DNA of 64,000 nucleotides. Source: a virus. Its lineage: Duplodnaviria > Caudoviricetes. Under the pieces are notes generated by a model. It had not been told where the DNA came from, did no database searches, and worked only from the letters and a program-made list of their open reading frames with translations. Where the stretch lies: positions 12,203-76,202 of IMG/VR virus record IMGVR_UViG_2840526738_000004. The stretch is one strand, 5' to 3'. Both the position numbers and the translations under genes were made by a program. This document shows, one piece after another, positions 9,369 to 18,644 of the stretch (position 1 is the first letter of the stretch; each line of letters opens with the position of its first letter).

Positions 9369-10269
9369 AACCTTCTAATACGACATAGTCTGATGCGCAT
9401 GAATCTAAATAGCACATAAGCTCTTTGTTTAGTACTTTAGCCTTACAACTATTGTAAAAATCTTCTCCCCTTACTACTTCCAACTTAGTACCTACTTCTA
9501 AAACATTTCCACGACGACGAGTACATCCAAATTTTCTATTAGTTAGCATAATATATTCCCCTGCTTTAGCAAATCTAATAGCAGCTCTGTAGACAAACTC
9601 AACATCTTCTTTGTAAACTGTAACATCACCTTTAAATCCATCTTCAATCTCAATTTCAACAACTACTGTATCATCTTCGACTTCCTTTATATGTCCGTAA
9701 TATCCACTACAAATGTTTACCTTTACTCTGTCATTAGGTTGTAGAACAAATTCTTTACTTTGTTCTTCGTTTTCCTCTTCAACTAGAACTTTTTCAGTGT
9801 CATTAAGACCTAATCCAAATAATCTCGCAAACGCATAACTTGCACCTGTTTTAAAGTCAAACTCATCTGATGAATTTAATCTTGCGGTTCCTTCCTTAAC
9901 TACTTCACCATGTTCGATTAGTTTTGCAATAGTATTTTTTCCATCTGTTGTGATTTCAACTTTTGGAAATTCTTCTTCCCATTCAATATCACTACATCTA
10001 ACAAATTCCACATCATCTTGAAAGGCGTATATTTCTATTGTTGGAATATATAACACACCTATTCTAATTCCTGACCAATTTCGACCATACATAAGATACT
10101 TTAAATCTTCCTTAGGTTCAAACTTATCATAATCCAAAAAATCTCCACTAGCCCATCTAAACCCATTTTTATCTAATTTTTTAAATATTTTTTCATTTAT
10201 TTCATCATTTTCCATTCTTAATACTATTTTTTCTTTTCTAAAAAATTCGATAAATTCTTTTTCTGTCAC
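9340..10269 (-). CDS. modular hypothetical protein
   Basis: TTDGK.T.A...G.ARLNSSDEFDFKTGA module and RFAKAGEYI module. Confidence 0.65.
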   Translation of the reverse strand: MTEKEFIEFFRKEKIVLRMENDEINEKIFKKLDKNGFRWASGDFLDYDKFEPKEDLKYLMYGRNWSGIRIGVLYIPTIEIYAFQDDVEFVRCSDIEWEEEFPKVEITTDGKNTIAKLIEHGEVVKEGTARLNSSDEFDFKTGASYAFARLFGLGLNDTEKVLVEEENEEQSKEFVLQPNDRVKVNICSGYYGHIKEVEDDTVVVEIEIEDGFKGDVTVYKEDVEFVYRAAIRFAKAGEYIMLTNRKFGCTRRRGNVLEVGTKLEVVRGEDFYNSCKAKVLNKELMCYLDSCASDYVVLEGYDPERFPDA

Positions 10270-10734
10270 TTATTTTCCTTTCCGTATATAGACTTCATGC
10301 CATTGTACACCATACTGTTCACTCTCAGCTTCCGAGCCATAGAACAAGTCAATGATGTTTCCTTTAATCGCTCCACCTGTATCTTCTGCAATGTATACTT
10401 GTCCATCAAATTTAACCTCAGAACCAAGCGGAATGATATTTGGATCTACAGCAATCGTTCTTCCTTTTTGTGGAACCGTTCCACTGAACGTTAGTCCACC
10501 ACAACCAACACAATCTGAACCATAAGCAGTAATCTTGAATGTTCCTAAAATTACCCATTCTTCTACCTTTTTCTTAGGCTTTACTTGCTTTTTAGTTTCT
10601 TTTTTAATTGGTTGTTTTATGATTTTCATTACTTTACTACGAAAATCATCCTTTTCCTTTGCAATAAATGGTTTCTTTTCAATCGCCTTTGTGAATTTTC
10701 TTTTATCAGGCATAATACTCATAGAAAACATCAT
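10270..10734 (-). CDS. 3D-domain cell-wall hydrolase (lytic transglycosylase-like), probably secreted
   Basis: ITAY, IAVDPNIIPLGS and AEDTGGAIKGNIIDLF. The frame extends upstream into a signal-like IKLTKIILAVCMMF. Confidence 0.9.
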   Translation of the reverse strand: MMFSMSIMPDKRKFTKAIEKKPFIAKEKDDFRSKVMKIIKQPIKKETKKQVKPKKKVEEWVILGTFKITAYGSDCVGCGGLTFSGTVPQKGRTIAVDPNIIPLGSEVKFDGQVYIAEDTGGAIKGNIIDLFYGSEAESEQYGVQWHEVYIRKGK

Positions 10735-10771
10735 GCAAACCGCTAATATAATTTTCGTTAATTTGATACAA

Positions 10772-10930
10772 TCACCTCAATCTGTAATATTCACATGTTT
10801 TTACAGGAACACATTTCCCGTCAATATACATATTTTCAATAATCTTGTATCTATATGCAAATTGTAACCAGTGCTTATTTCCATCAATCATGATTGGTTT
10901 CCATAAGAACACTTTACTTTTTTCTACCAT
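10772..10930 (-). CDS. small hypothetical protein (52 aa)
   Basis: Manual translation MVEKSKVFLWKPIMIDGNKHWLQF...; fills the operon gap. Confidence 0.5.
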   Translation of the reverse strand: MVEKSKVFLWKPIMIDGNKHWLQFAYRYKIIENMYIDGKCVPVKTCEYYRLR

Positions 10931-11421
10931 TCGTCATCTTCCTCTAGCATCTTTGAAAGGTCTACTTGCTTATTGTCATGAAATGTTGCTTTATATTCAA
11001 TTTCAAATGCAAGTTTATTTTCTTTTTCTTCCCTCTGTTTCTTGCGTTCAATGATATCCTGAATACGATTTTCGACTGAACCAAAGCCCCAGAAACCACC
11101 TTGTGTATCAATACATTCATTAAGTGCATAAATCATGTCACTGTATGAATATCCTTGTTCCTTAAGTTTCTTGATACGAGGTGTAAGTGCTTTAAAGTTC
11201 AATCTAACATTAGGATTTTCCTGATAGAAACCTTTTGGACATTCATTGCGATATTTGACAATGAGGTCTGTTAGCTTTTTGTAATCTTCCTTTTCTTGTT
11301 CAGATAATGTTCTATCAACTTTGCTTTTAGGACACTTTTTGTGACATAGGTTGCCATCGACTAGCAATACATTCTTGCTAGTCCTGACAACTTTTCTACC
11401 ACATAATGGACAAATATCCAT
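10924..11421 (-). CDS. Zn-finger replication accessory protein (positionally like SPbeta YorH)
   Basis: CPLC...CHKKC; lies between the AAA ATPase and the helicase as in SPbeta-like phages. Confidence 0.55.
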   Translation of the reverse strand: MDICPLCGRKVVRTSKNVLLVDGNLCHKKCPKSKVDRTLSEQEKEDYKKLTDLIVKYRNECPKGFYQENPNVRLNFKALTPRIKKLKEQGYSYSDMIYALNECIDTQGGFWGFGSVENRIQDIIERKKQREEKENKLAFEIEYKATFHDNKQVDLSKMLEEDDEW

Positions 11422-11422
11422 C

Positions 11423-12205
11423 CTAACCTCTTTCGCACAGAGGTAAATATCCGTGTTCTTTTAACAAGTTGTAAATGAACATTCTACCTTTCTGAGTCCA
11501 CTTAGTAGTTGTGAATGCGTGTGATACACCACGTCTATCTTCTCTGTATGATGTATCTGATTCTGTATATCCTAAATCAGAATACTGAGAATATAACAAC
11601 CATTGTTTATTGACCTTGTACTGAACACCTAAATCATGCAATAAATTATTAAAGAACATAGCAGAATATCCATAATCTTTCGCAATCTGTGAGGCTGTTA
11701 TGCAGTCCTTAGTTTGAAGAATGATTTCACAGTATTCAGCTTTTGGTTGTAGTTCTCCAATTTTCTCATCTTTTGCTTTATTTTCAATTTTTAACTGTTC
11801 ATTCAGTTCAACTTCATCTGCCAGTTTTCTAAGTGCATCAGGTAATGTCTTTGGCAGTTCAAACATTTCTTTAACTTTAAAGTATGTATCTTCTAAGTTA
11901 TCAAATTGTTCCCATGCTTTATCAGTATCCAAAATTTTGCAATGGCGATCAGCACCTTTTTCAGTCCAAAGATATAGGATAGATGCAAATTTAATTGAAG
12001 GGTCGTTACTATTAGTTACCATCCTTTTAAATTCCTTTAAATCATCGCCTTTTAACACATAATAGTGTTTTCCAGCAACAAAACGTTCTTTATTTCTGTT
12101 GAAATTAGTTTTAATATTTGTTTCTGATGTTTCATAAACCTCAGCTAATTGCTGGGTTGTCAATACTCTTTGATTAGAGTATTCAATTACTTGTAATTCT
12201 TCCAC
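11423..12205 (-). CDS. antirepressor, ORF6N + ANT/KilAC domains
   Basis: RVLTTQQLAEVY...NFNRNKERF..GKHYY.L.G..LKEFK; C-terminal QIAKDYG...WTQKGRMFIY. Confidence 0.92.
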   Translation of the reverse strand: MEELQVIEYSNQRVLTTQQLAEVYETSETNIKTNFNRNKERFVAGKHYYVLKGDDLKEFKRMVTNSNDPSIKFASILYLWTEKGADRHCKILDTDKAWEQFDNLEDTYFKVKEMFELPKTLPDALRKLADEVELNEQLKIENKAKDEKIGELQPKAEYCEIILQTKDCITASQIAKDYGYSAMFFNNLLHDLGVQYKVNKQWLLYSQYSDLGYTESDTSYREDRRGVSHAFTTTKWTQKGRMFIYNLLKEHGYLPLCERG

Positions 12206-12354
12206 TACTTAACTCCTTTACCCTCTAACTCACGGTCAATTTGACCCTGAGTCTGTGAATTGCCGACTCTGCTTATCATCAAGATCAACATGTTTTTTCA
12301 ATGTATTAGATATATCCATATGATATTTGTATTTACCTTTATATCTTTTTCGCA

Positions 12355-12708
12355 TTATGCCTCTCCTTTAAATTCAATGAAATGTGCGAATAATTCATCA
12401 TTTAATTCATCTAGTGAATAAAATTTACCATATCGAATATCATTATTACTCATAAGAAATCCTTTGTTTACTTCATACACCTTACCTACTGTAAAATTAC
12501 TATCGCTTGATTTTACACATACAATATCATTACTATATGATTTTTTATAATTAGTATCATTTGCATATGCATATGAAGCAATTAAATCTAGCAGGTCATT
12601 ACTAATATCGTTCACGTTCTTACTAGAATTTAAAATAAATGATTCTTCCATACAATTGACTTCCATTTCTTTTACTATTTGAAAATTTATATTTAATTCT
12701 ACTTTCAT
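12355..12708 (-). CDS. hypothetical protein
   Basis: RBS AAAGGA; VCVKS...FTVGKVYEV module. Confidence 0.6.
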   Translation of the reverse strand: MKVELNINFQIVKEMEVNCMEESFILNSSKNVNDISNDLLDLIASYAYANDTNYKKSYSNDIVCVKSSDSNFTVGKVYEVNKGFLMSNNDIRYGKFYSLDELNDELFAHFIEFKGEA

Positions 12709-12733
12709 TCCTTTACCTTTCCTTTATATATAA

Positions 12734-12754
12734 AGGGTAGAACTTGTCTACCCT
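12734..12754 (-). terminator. intrinsic terminator-like hairpin
   Basis: AGGGTAGA-caagt-TCTACCCT followed by TTA on the minus strand. Confidence 0.6.
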
Positions 12755-12767
12755 ATTGATCATCTTC

Positions 12768-13895
12768 CTACGCCTTATATTTTTCAATAAAGCCCATCAA
12801 TGCTTCTGCATTGGTTGTATCTTTAATTTTTTCACTGCCTAGGAATTCTTTAACCTTAGCTTTAGCAACATCTAGTCCTTCTGCTGACTTAATTGCCATT
12901 CTTACTGTTTTAGCTTCTTCACGTAATGTTTCGATATCAGGCATTGGTTTAGCAACTTCTTCTGATGATGTTACTTCTTCTTCAATTTCATCCTCATTTT
13001 CCACTTCTGTCCCAATTTCTTCGCCTTCATCTTCATCTTCGTCATCATCTAAACCAACTTTAACTGGTTCTTTGACTGGAAGTTTATTGTTATCAGCATT
13101 TGGGTTGCTTACATCTCCACCATCATCTTGAATTTTCTGAGTTACACGTACACCTTCATTAAATGCTTCAAGGAATTTATCAACCCCTTCTTCAACATCA
13201 TCAAAGTCAATGTACTCAGGCAATCCATATAATGGAACTTTAAGTTTTAGCATTGGATGACCATGCAACCATAAACGTCTGAATTCGTGTTTTTTACCAT
13301 CTTCATCTGTTTCATTAACAACTTCCATATACATAATGAAGTCACAATCACCCTGAACTAAGTGTTTAATCTGATTGATTGTATCAGGAACAACCTGATC
13401 ATACTCATTACCTGTTGCTGTTGTAATCTTTCTTTGTTTATCATGCGATACAAAGTTGACAATCAACCCCATATTACGTAAATCACGAATTTCATCTGTG
13501 AATCCTTGTCCAATGACGTTATACTGGTCACCTTTCAATTCATCCCATCCATTTTCATCCATGATATATTTTTTACACATTTTAGCAGCTTCACCAACTG
13601 TATCAATGATAGTGCTATCAAATGGTAATGCTTTGCCTTCTTTAATTTGCTTTTTGGTCTGTTTTTTGAACTGAAGGAATTCTTTCCAATTCTTGAATTG
13701 AATTACCTTTAACCCAACTACCGACTTAAATCTATCCTCGAAACCACATGTAAATGTTCTTCCTTGACGTTTCATTAAAGAATTCATAAATGTAGTTTTT
13801 CCAGATCCATCAGTACCAACTAAATTAATACTGTAGTGGTTGATATTTCCATCAATCGGCTGAACAGCCAATTCCCATAAATTAAAGTTAGACAC
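12768..13895 (-). CDS. AAA_24/Sak4-like NTP-binding recombination protein (YorG-like)
   Basis: GTDGSGKTTF, IIDTV, FVSH, QGDCDFIMY; acidic linker. Confidence 0.82.
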   Translation of the reverse strand: MSNFNLWELAVQPIDGNINHYSINLVGTDGSGKTTFMNSLMKRQGRTFTCGFEDRFKSVVGLKVIQFKNWKEFLQFKKQTKKQIKEGKALPFDSTIIDTVGEAAKMCKKYIMDENGWDELKGDQYNVIGQGFTDEIRDLRNMGLIVNFVSHDKQRKITTATGNEYDQVVPDTINQIKHLVQGDCDFIMYMEVVNETDEDGKKHEFRRLWLHGHPMLKLKVPLYGLPEYIDFDDVEEGVDKFLEAFNEGVRVTQKIQDDGGDVSNPNADNNKLPVKEPVKVGLDDDEDEDEGEEIGTEVENEDEIEEEVTSSEEVAKPMPDIETLREEAKTVRMAIKSAEGLDVAKAKVKEFLGSEKIKDTTNAEALMGFIEKYKA

Positions 13896-13898
13896 TTA

Positions 13899-14687
13899 TT
13901 ATTCGTCGTCCTCGTTACTAGCGAAATCTTTTACAATAAGGTTTTTATCTCCTTGTTTAAGCTTTTTCGCTTCCTTATATAACTGCTGGTCGCATTTTTC
14001 AACATCTTCTTGTGATTTTCTAATTATACCGCCATGTACTTGATATTCACGTACACCGTCATTCATATAGTCGCCATATTTGTCTTTCTTACTAAGACTA
14101 CTAATGATATCTCCTTTAACTTCGATGTAATCACCTTTATTAACATCTTCAAATTTTTCCAACATTTTCTCGCCACGAACGTATACAGTTTTATATTGAA
14201 CGCCTGAAACTTCATCTTGTTTATTTCTATAACTGTAAAATCCGATTTTGATTTTAATGAATTCTAGTTCATCCTCATCATCTTCAACTTTATTTACAGC
14301 ATCAACAAATCCTGTAATATTGAATGTCGCATAATCATCTTCATCTTCTGATGTATACAAGCCGTTAACCGTATGATTTTCATATAATTCGCCTTTATCA
14401 TTTACGAATTCATCACAATTACCATAAATGTATACTTTAACATTTCTTGACTTGTTGTTATTGTTCTTGTCTAAGAAAAAGCTTTCTAATGCTCCAAGCG
14501 TTGTATCTTCCTTATTAATTTTTAAATTTTTTCGATCATACAGAACACCTCTTATATAGCTTTCTGTACCGTTGTCTAAAACTCTAAAGATCATATCCGC
14601 TTTCTTCTTTTTCGTTTGTTTTGTTTCTCCCGGTTTGAAATTTGTTACGATTCCTTTGATTGTAATTCTGTTTTCAGTTTTTAACAC
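13899..14687 (-). CDS. putative single-stranded DNA-binding protein (tandem OB folds, YorF-like)
   Basis: N.ITIKG.V and ATFNITGFV repeated beta-rich units, GDYIEVKG, acidic C-terminus; upstream of the AAA_24 gene. Confidence 0.6.
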   Translation of the reverse strand: MLKTENRITIKGIVTNFKPGETKQTKKKKADMIFRVLDNGTESYIRGVLYDRKNLKINKEDTTLGALESFFLDKNNNNKSRNVKVYIYGNCDEFVNDKGELYENHTVNGLYTSEDEDDYATFNITGFVDAVNKVEDDEDELEFIKIKIGFYSYRNKQDEVSGVQYKTVYVRGEKMLEKFEDVNKGDYIEVKGDIISSLSKKDKYGDYMNDGVREYQVHGGIIRKSQEDVEKCDQQLYKEAKKLKQGDKNLIVKDFASNEDDE

Positions 14688-14692
14688 TAATT

Positions 14693-14929
14693 TTACCTTT
14701 CCGTTACCTGAATCTTGTTTAATGTTGTCTTAAATTCCTCAAAGTCTTGCGCAAGTTGCTCCATTACCTTTAAATCTTCTTCACTGTTCTTATCCACTTT
14801 GTCGGATATATCTGTCGCAACTCTAGCAAGCTTTAGTGCCAATTGCTGGCTTAATTCGCCTGTTTCATACATCACCTCCAATACAGTTAATTCATCTTCG
14901 ATAATTCTTTTGACGTTATCACTACACAT
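14693..14929 (-). CDS. hypothetical protein (true start MCSDNVK)
   Basis: RBS AAGGAG 8 nt upstream of the ATG at 14929; the ORF-track extension runs through a regulatory repeat. Confidence 0.6.
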   Translation of the reverse strand: MCSDNVKRIIEDELTVLEVMYETGELSQQLALKLARVATDISDKVDKNSEEDLKVMEQLAQDFEEFKTTLNKIQVTER

Positions 14930-14945
14930 GTTACTTTCTCCTTCT

Positions 14946-14973
14946 TGTTTAGTTGTATAAAGTTCGAGCATTA
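14946..14973. repeat. 28-bp direct repeat, copy A
   Basis: TGTTTAGTTGTATAAAGTTCGAGCATTA; 27/28 identical to 15839-15866. Confidence 0.9.
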
Positions 14974-14981
14974 TAAATCAT

Positions 14982-15000
14982 AAGGTGTTAGTCACACCTT
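14982..15000 (-). terminator. terminator-like hairpin at the end of the recombinase-fold gene
   Basis: AAGGTGT-gacta-ACACCTT followed by ATGATTT. Confidence 0.45.
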
Positions 15001-15806
15001 TGCTTTATATACTCATTTAAAGATATTAAATTATAATAACTCCCACCAATATTCCTATAAACATTGTTTGGCGTATCATATTTAAGTAACTCTGCCTTCT
15101 TTGAGTTTCTAATATCTTCAAGTGTGAACATCGTAAGGCATTTACTTTGAAGTTCTTTTTTCAGAGTTGTTATGATGCTCACTGGACTTAATTTTGTTGA
15201 CACTCTACTTTGGAAAAAGTATCCTTCACGTTCTCTTTTTTCTTTTCCTCGTATTTCTCTACGTTTATTCCAAGTTTTTATTTTATTACATAATTCAATA
15301 TCATAATTTTTCATATATTTATATAGATCATAGGACATTGTCTTTCCCAAACACTTTTTGTTTAAAAAATCAATGTCATCAGTTTTTAAATTTAATACAT
15401 CATCTACTTTAAATAAATATTCATATACAAGCAGAATATAACATGCAATTGAAACATCAACTTCTGAAGCTATATCCAATATTTCATTCTTAGAAAGTAT
15501 TGTAAATTCATCTTTTCCTTGATCGAGTCGAACTTCTTTTAATGTGTATTTTAGAGTTCCAAGCCCTTTTTCCTCTAAATACATCTTGAATTTCTCTAAA
15601 GAGTATTGTTTCAAATATAGAGTTGCTGAACTATCTTCATTTTTACTTTCTTGTAAGAATATTTCGCAATCACTTTTACTAGGTACTATGAAATCTTCAC
15701 TTGTAATTAACTTTGATATGTTGAATTTATAATTTTTTGCTGTTCTCTCAGAGTTAGTTATGCACACATAATTATAAAAGTCATTCAAAACTTCTTTGGT
15801 TTTCAT
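14988..15806 (-). CDS. degenerate tyrosine-recombinase-fold protein (possible MrpR/YopR-like repressor)
   Basis: Core-binding-like SERTAKNY...SSATL; LFKVDDVLNLKTDDIDF (catalytic R replaced by K); FTLEDIRNS (HxxRH degenerate); no LGH. Confidence 0.65.
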   Translation of the reverse strand: MKTKEVLNDFYNYVCITNSERTAKNYKFNISKLITSEDFIVPSKSDCEIFLQESKNEDSSATLYLKQYSLEKFKMYLEEKGLGTLKYTLKEVRLDQGKDEFTILSKNEILDIASEVDVSIACYILLVYEYLFKVDDVLNLKTDDIDFLNKKCLGKTMSYDLYKYMKNYDIELCNKIKTWNKRREIRGKEKREREGYFFQSRVSTKLSPVSIITTLKKELQSKCLTMFTLEDIRNSKKAELLKYDTPNNVYRNIGGSYYNLISLNEYIKQRCD

Positions 15807-15838
15807 TTTAGTTCCTCCATATTTGTAAAATTAATAGC

Positions 15839-15866
15839 TGTTTAGTTGTATAAACTTCGAGCATTA
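15839..15866. repeat. 28-bp direct repeat, copy B
   Basis: TGTTTAGTTGTATAAACTTCGAGCATTA, just downstream of a consensus promoter. Confidence 0.9.
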
Positions 15867-15878
15867 ATTTATGACTGA

Positions 15879-15907
15879 ATTATATATCTTAAATCTATAG
15901 AAGTCAA
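15879..15907 (-). promoter_or_regulatory. sigmaA-type promoter
   Basis: TTGACT-17 bp-TATAAT on the minus strand. Confidence 0.85.
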
Positions 15908-15941
15908 CGCTTTTAAGGGATATTTTTCCATTTTTTGGAAA

Positions 15942-16325
15942 TTATGCGAAATCTTCTAGTGTTTTCTCGTATTTAGGCTTATAATCGTAATCTTTATAGC
16001 TACAAAGTTTAGGATCAGTAATTCTACTTATCGTCTTTTCGTTGTAGTTTGTATTTAAAGCGTCAATAAATTTTTGAAGATATGAAACTTTAGCCTTGTA
16101 AAATCTACGCTCATCTCTAATTTTTTTTAAATCCCATGCAATCGGTATTAATTCCTTTGCTGTAGAAACTTTTTCCATTTCATGAAGTAACTTCTGTTGT
16201 TCAATATTACATTGTCCAACAGCCTTGTATGCCTCATTATATTCATCTTTCGCATCCTTAATCATTAACCCGATCGTCTTTGGATAATTGTTAAATGTAA
16301 ATCTACCGCATTTCTCCTGTATCAT
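15942..16325 (-). CDS. hypothetical coiled-coil phage protein
   Basis: QQKLLHEME...LKKIRDERRFYK pattern; RBS AGGAG. Confidence 0.7.
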   Translation of the reverse strand: MIQEKCGRFTFNNYPKTIGLMIKDAKDEYNEAYKAVGQCNIEQQKLLHEMEKVSTAKELIPIAWDLKKIRDERRFYKAKVSYLQKFIDALNTNYNEKTISRITDPKLCSYKDYDYKPKYEKTLEDFA

Positions 16326-16449
16326 TGTTGTTCTCCTGTTCTTCCATTCTGCTTATTCGTGATGATAGAATAACGCTAGCACATATTCCAACCATTCCTA
16401 ACACCACTAAACATGAGATAGCAAAATGCCACTATAACTATAAACAATT

Positions 16450-16698
16450 TCATTGGCATTCATTCTCCATAAAATACTTTTCAAAACATTCCTCGCATTT
16501 ATGACAGCATTTATCATCCCAATTAGGAGGACATTCTTTTTCGTATCTTGCTAATCTTGCGAACATCTTCTTGTATTTCTCATGTGCAGCACGTTGTTCT
16601 TCATACATTTCCTGTTTGACCTTATTTACACGCTTTAATTCCTGTATCTCTGCTAATAAACGCTCACGATCTTCAAGGATATCAGTAATTCCACTCAT
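16450..16698 (-). CDS. hypothetical Cys-rich protein
   Basis: Coiled coil followed by CPP...CCHKCEEC. Confidence 0.65.
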   Translation of the reverse strand: MSGITDILEDRERLLAEIQELKRVNKVKQEMYEEQRAAHEKYKKMFARLARYEKECPPNWDDKCCHKCEECFEKYFMENECQ

Positions 16699-17166
16699 TT
16701 ATTCTTCTCCTATATTTTTCTTTATAAAGTATAAAATTCTTTTTGCACTTTCTACTTCTAAGTAGATATCAGAATGTCCATAGTTTATTGCATCTTTTAT
16801 TAGGACTTCTAACTCTCTCACACTGTCTTTTGCAGACTGTTCATCTACATCATCTGGTTCCATGTCATCATCACTCCAATCCAACGCTTGACCACAATCA
16901 TCACAAAATTTTTTTGGAAATCCTATAGAAGTAATCGGAAAGAACAACTTCTTACAATTAGGACACGAATATTGTCCATTCCATATTTCAATTCTTTTTG
17001 GTTTGGATTTATCTACTAATTCTTGTAACGTGTCAATATCTTCTTGATGTTTATAAACTATTGGTTCTTCAAAATTTTCAGCCATTTGCAACTGTGCGCT
17101 AGACCAAGCATCTGTTGGTTCTTTTAAATTATCTAATGCTTCTTGGTATTCATTCATATTTATCAC
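16699..17166 (-). CDS. Zn-ribbon hypothetical protein
   Basis: CPNC...FCDDCGQALDWS. Confidence 0.7.
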   Translation of the reverse strand: MINMNEYQEALDNLKEPTDAWSSAQLQMAENFEEPIVYKHQEDIDTLQELVDKSKPKRIEIWNGQYSCPNCKKLFFPITSIGFPKKFCDDCGQALDWSDDDMEPDDVDEQSAKDSVRELEVLIKDAINYGHSDIYLEVESAKRILYFIKKNIGEE

Positions 17167-17465
17167 TCCTTAGGTAATTCAGCACGAACACCGTCTTTGC
17201 TTTCATGGATAATAAATTTTCCATCTCCTGTAAATTGAATACCTGATTTATCTTGTTGTACGATGTACACTTCTGGTTTTTCATCTGCATGCATTGGTCT
17301 ATATGTACACCAAATCATTTCATCATCTTGAATGTTGTAATTAATAAATTTATATCCATCTGGAATATTAATATCTTTTGTTCCACCATATTGTGTTACA
17401 ATACCATTGCTTCCACATCCACACAAAAGTGTAGCTAATATTCCAATCATTAATACTTTTTTCAT
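17163..17465 (-). CDS. phage lipoprotein
   Basis: MKK + hydrophobic core + lipobox LCGC; WCTYRPM. Confidence 0.75.
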   Translation of the reverse strand: MKKVLMIGILATLLCGCGSNGIVTQYGGTKDINIPDGYKFINYNIQDDEMIWCTYRPMHADEKPEVYIVQQDKSGIQFTGDGKFIIHESKDGVRAELPKE

Positions 17466-17481
17466 TGCTTCTCACTCCTCT

Positions 17482-17688
17482 CTATAACCTTTCAAAATCA
17501 ACTAAACAACCATTTTCATCTGTGTTAAAATCACTCAAAGCAAAGAATGTGCCTTCTACATTTACACCTAAAATTGGTTGCGTATCATAAAACTTCTCAA
17601 CTTTGTATATCTTACATTCTTCAATATCATTTACACATTTGATTTTACTTCCAGCGATAATTCGCTTTCCTAGACGGTCTTTCATCAA
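17482..17688 (-). CDS. hypothetical (YopX-C-like) protein
   Basis: KDRLGKRI..G..I motif. Confidence 0.55.
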   Translation of the reverse strand: MMKDRLGKRIIAGSKIKCVNDIEECKIYKVEKFYDTQPILGVNVEGTFFALSDFNTDENGCLVDFERL

Positions 17689-18017
17689 TATTGTTCCTCT
17701 ACGGCATTTAACTTTTTACCTCTAAATCTTTTGTTTAAATCTACTACAGCATCTGCAAATCTGCCTTTATAGATATAAGTACCCATATAAACACAAACTT
17801 GTTCAATTATACCTTCTTGATTAATATAAACATAACCTCTTGTGGCGCATAGATATTTAATCAGCATAATACATCCATCTTCATTGTCTTCTGCTTTCAC
17901 TAAATAATGTTCACCAAAATACTTATTACTTTTGTCATTAACCAATGTATCCAGATATTCGGTAAATTCACACTTATATGCTCTCATGTGTTTCACTTCT
18001 CCATTCTTCAAACTCAA
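17685..18017 (-). CDS. hypothetical protein
   Basis: Operonic ORF. Confidence 0.6.
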   Translation of the reverse strand: MSLKNGEVKHMRAYKCEFTEYLDTLVNDKSNKYFGEHYLVKAEDNEDGCIMLIKYLCATRGYVYINQEGIIEQVCVYMGTYIYKGRFADAVVDLNKRFRGKKLNAVEEQY

Positions 18018-18261
18018 CGCACTTCAAGCGTTGATTTACTAAATTCATTGATGATATAGCTTCATAAACCTTATCTCCAACACAAAGATCAATATAAGTT
18101 GCATATGTACCATGGCAAGAACAACCCCATCTCTTAATAGGAACTTTCAGCCTGAACACATCCCCAACCTTTAAATCCTTAAATCCTTTGCTTGTTGTTT
18201 TCTTTAGTATCTTTTTAACCACATAATACGGTGTATATGCATAAATTACATCATTTTCCAT
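17974..18261 (-). CDS. hypothetical protein
   Basis: Operonic ORF with RBS GAGGA; FKDLKVGD. Confidence 0.6.
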   Translation of the reverse strand: MENDVIYAYTPYYVVKKILKKTTSKGFKDLKVGDVFRLKVPIKRWGCSCHGTYATYIDLCVGDKVYEAISSMNLVNQRLKCVEFEEWRSETHESI

Positions 18262-18395
18262 TGTTTCTTTCCTCTACCAATCTGCACATTTCCTCAATAT
18301 CTTCACGTTTATTGCAATAAACATCAATATAATGGTCTTCTACATGAATTCTTGTGTGCCACATAAATATTTGTAACTCAGCAAAAGTTGCCATG

Positions 18396-18644
18396 TTAAT
18401 TTTTTGCATTGCAATCACCACCGTTCTTATTAAACTGCTCTTTATTCAGTTTTCGTTGCTTTTGTTTGTATTTACAATTACCACCTATACAAACTCTGTG
18501 AGTACATGTATTGCAAGCTACTTCATAATGTCCACACGTTGGGCATTTTTCTATCATGTGTGTCATCTCGTGGTAATCACCACAATATGTACAGAGTTCG
18601 TCTGATGGTTCTAATAACGGTTCGATTTCAATGTCTTTTCTCAT
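18396..18644 (-). CDS. Cys-rich Zn-finger hypothetical protein
   Basis: CTYC...CPTCGH..ACNTC...C....C. Confidence 0.65.
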   Translation of the reverse strand: MRKDIEIEPLLEPSDELCTYCGDYHEMTHMIEKCPTCGHYEVACNTCTHRVCIGGNCKYKQKQRKLNKEQFNKNGGDCNAKN

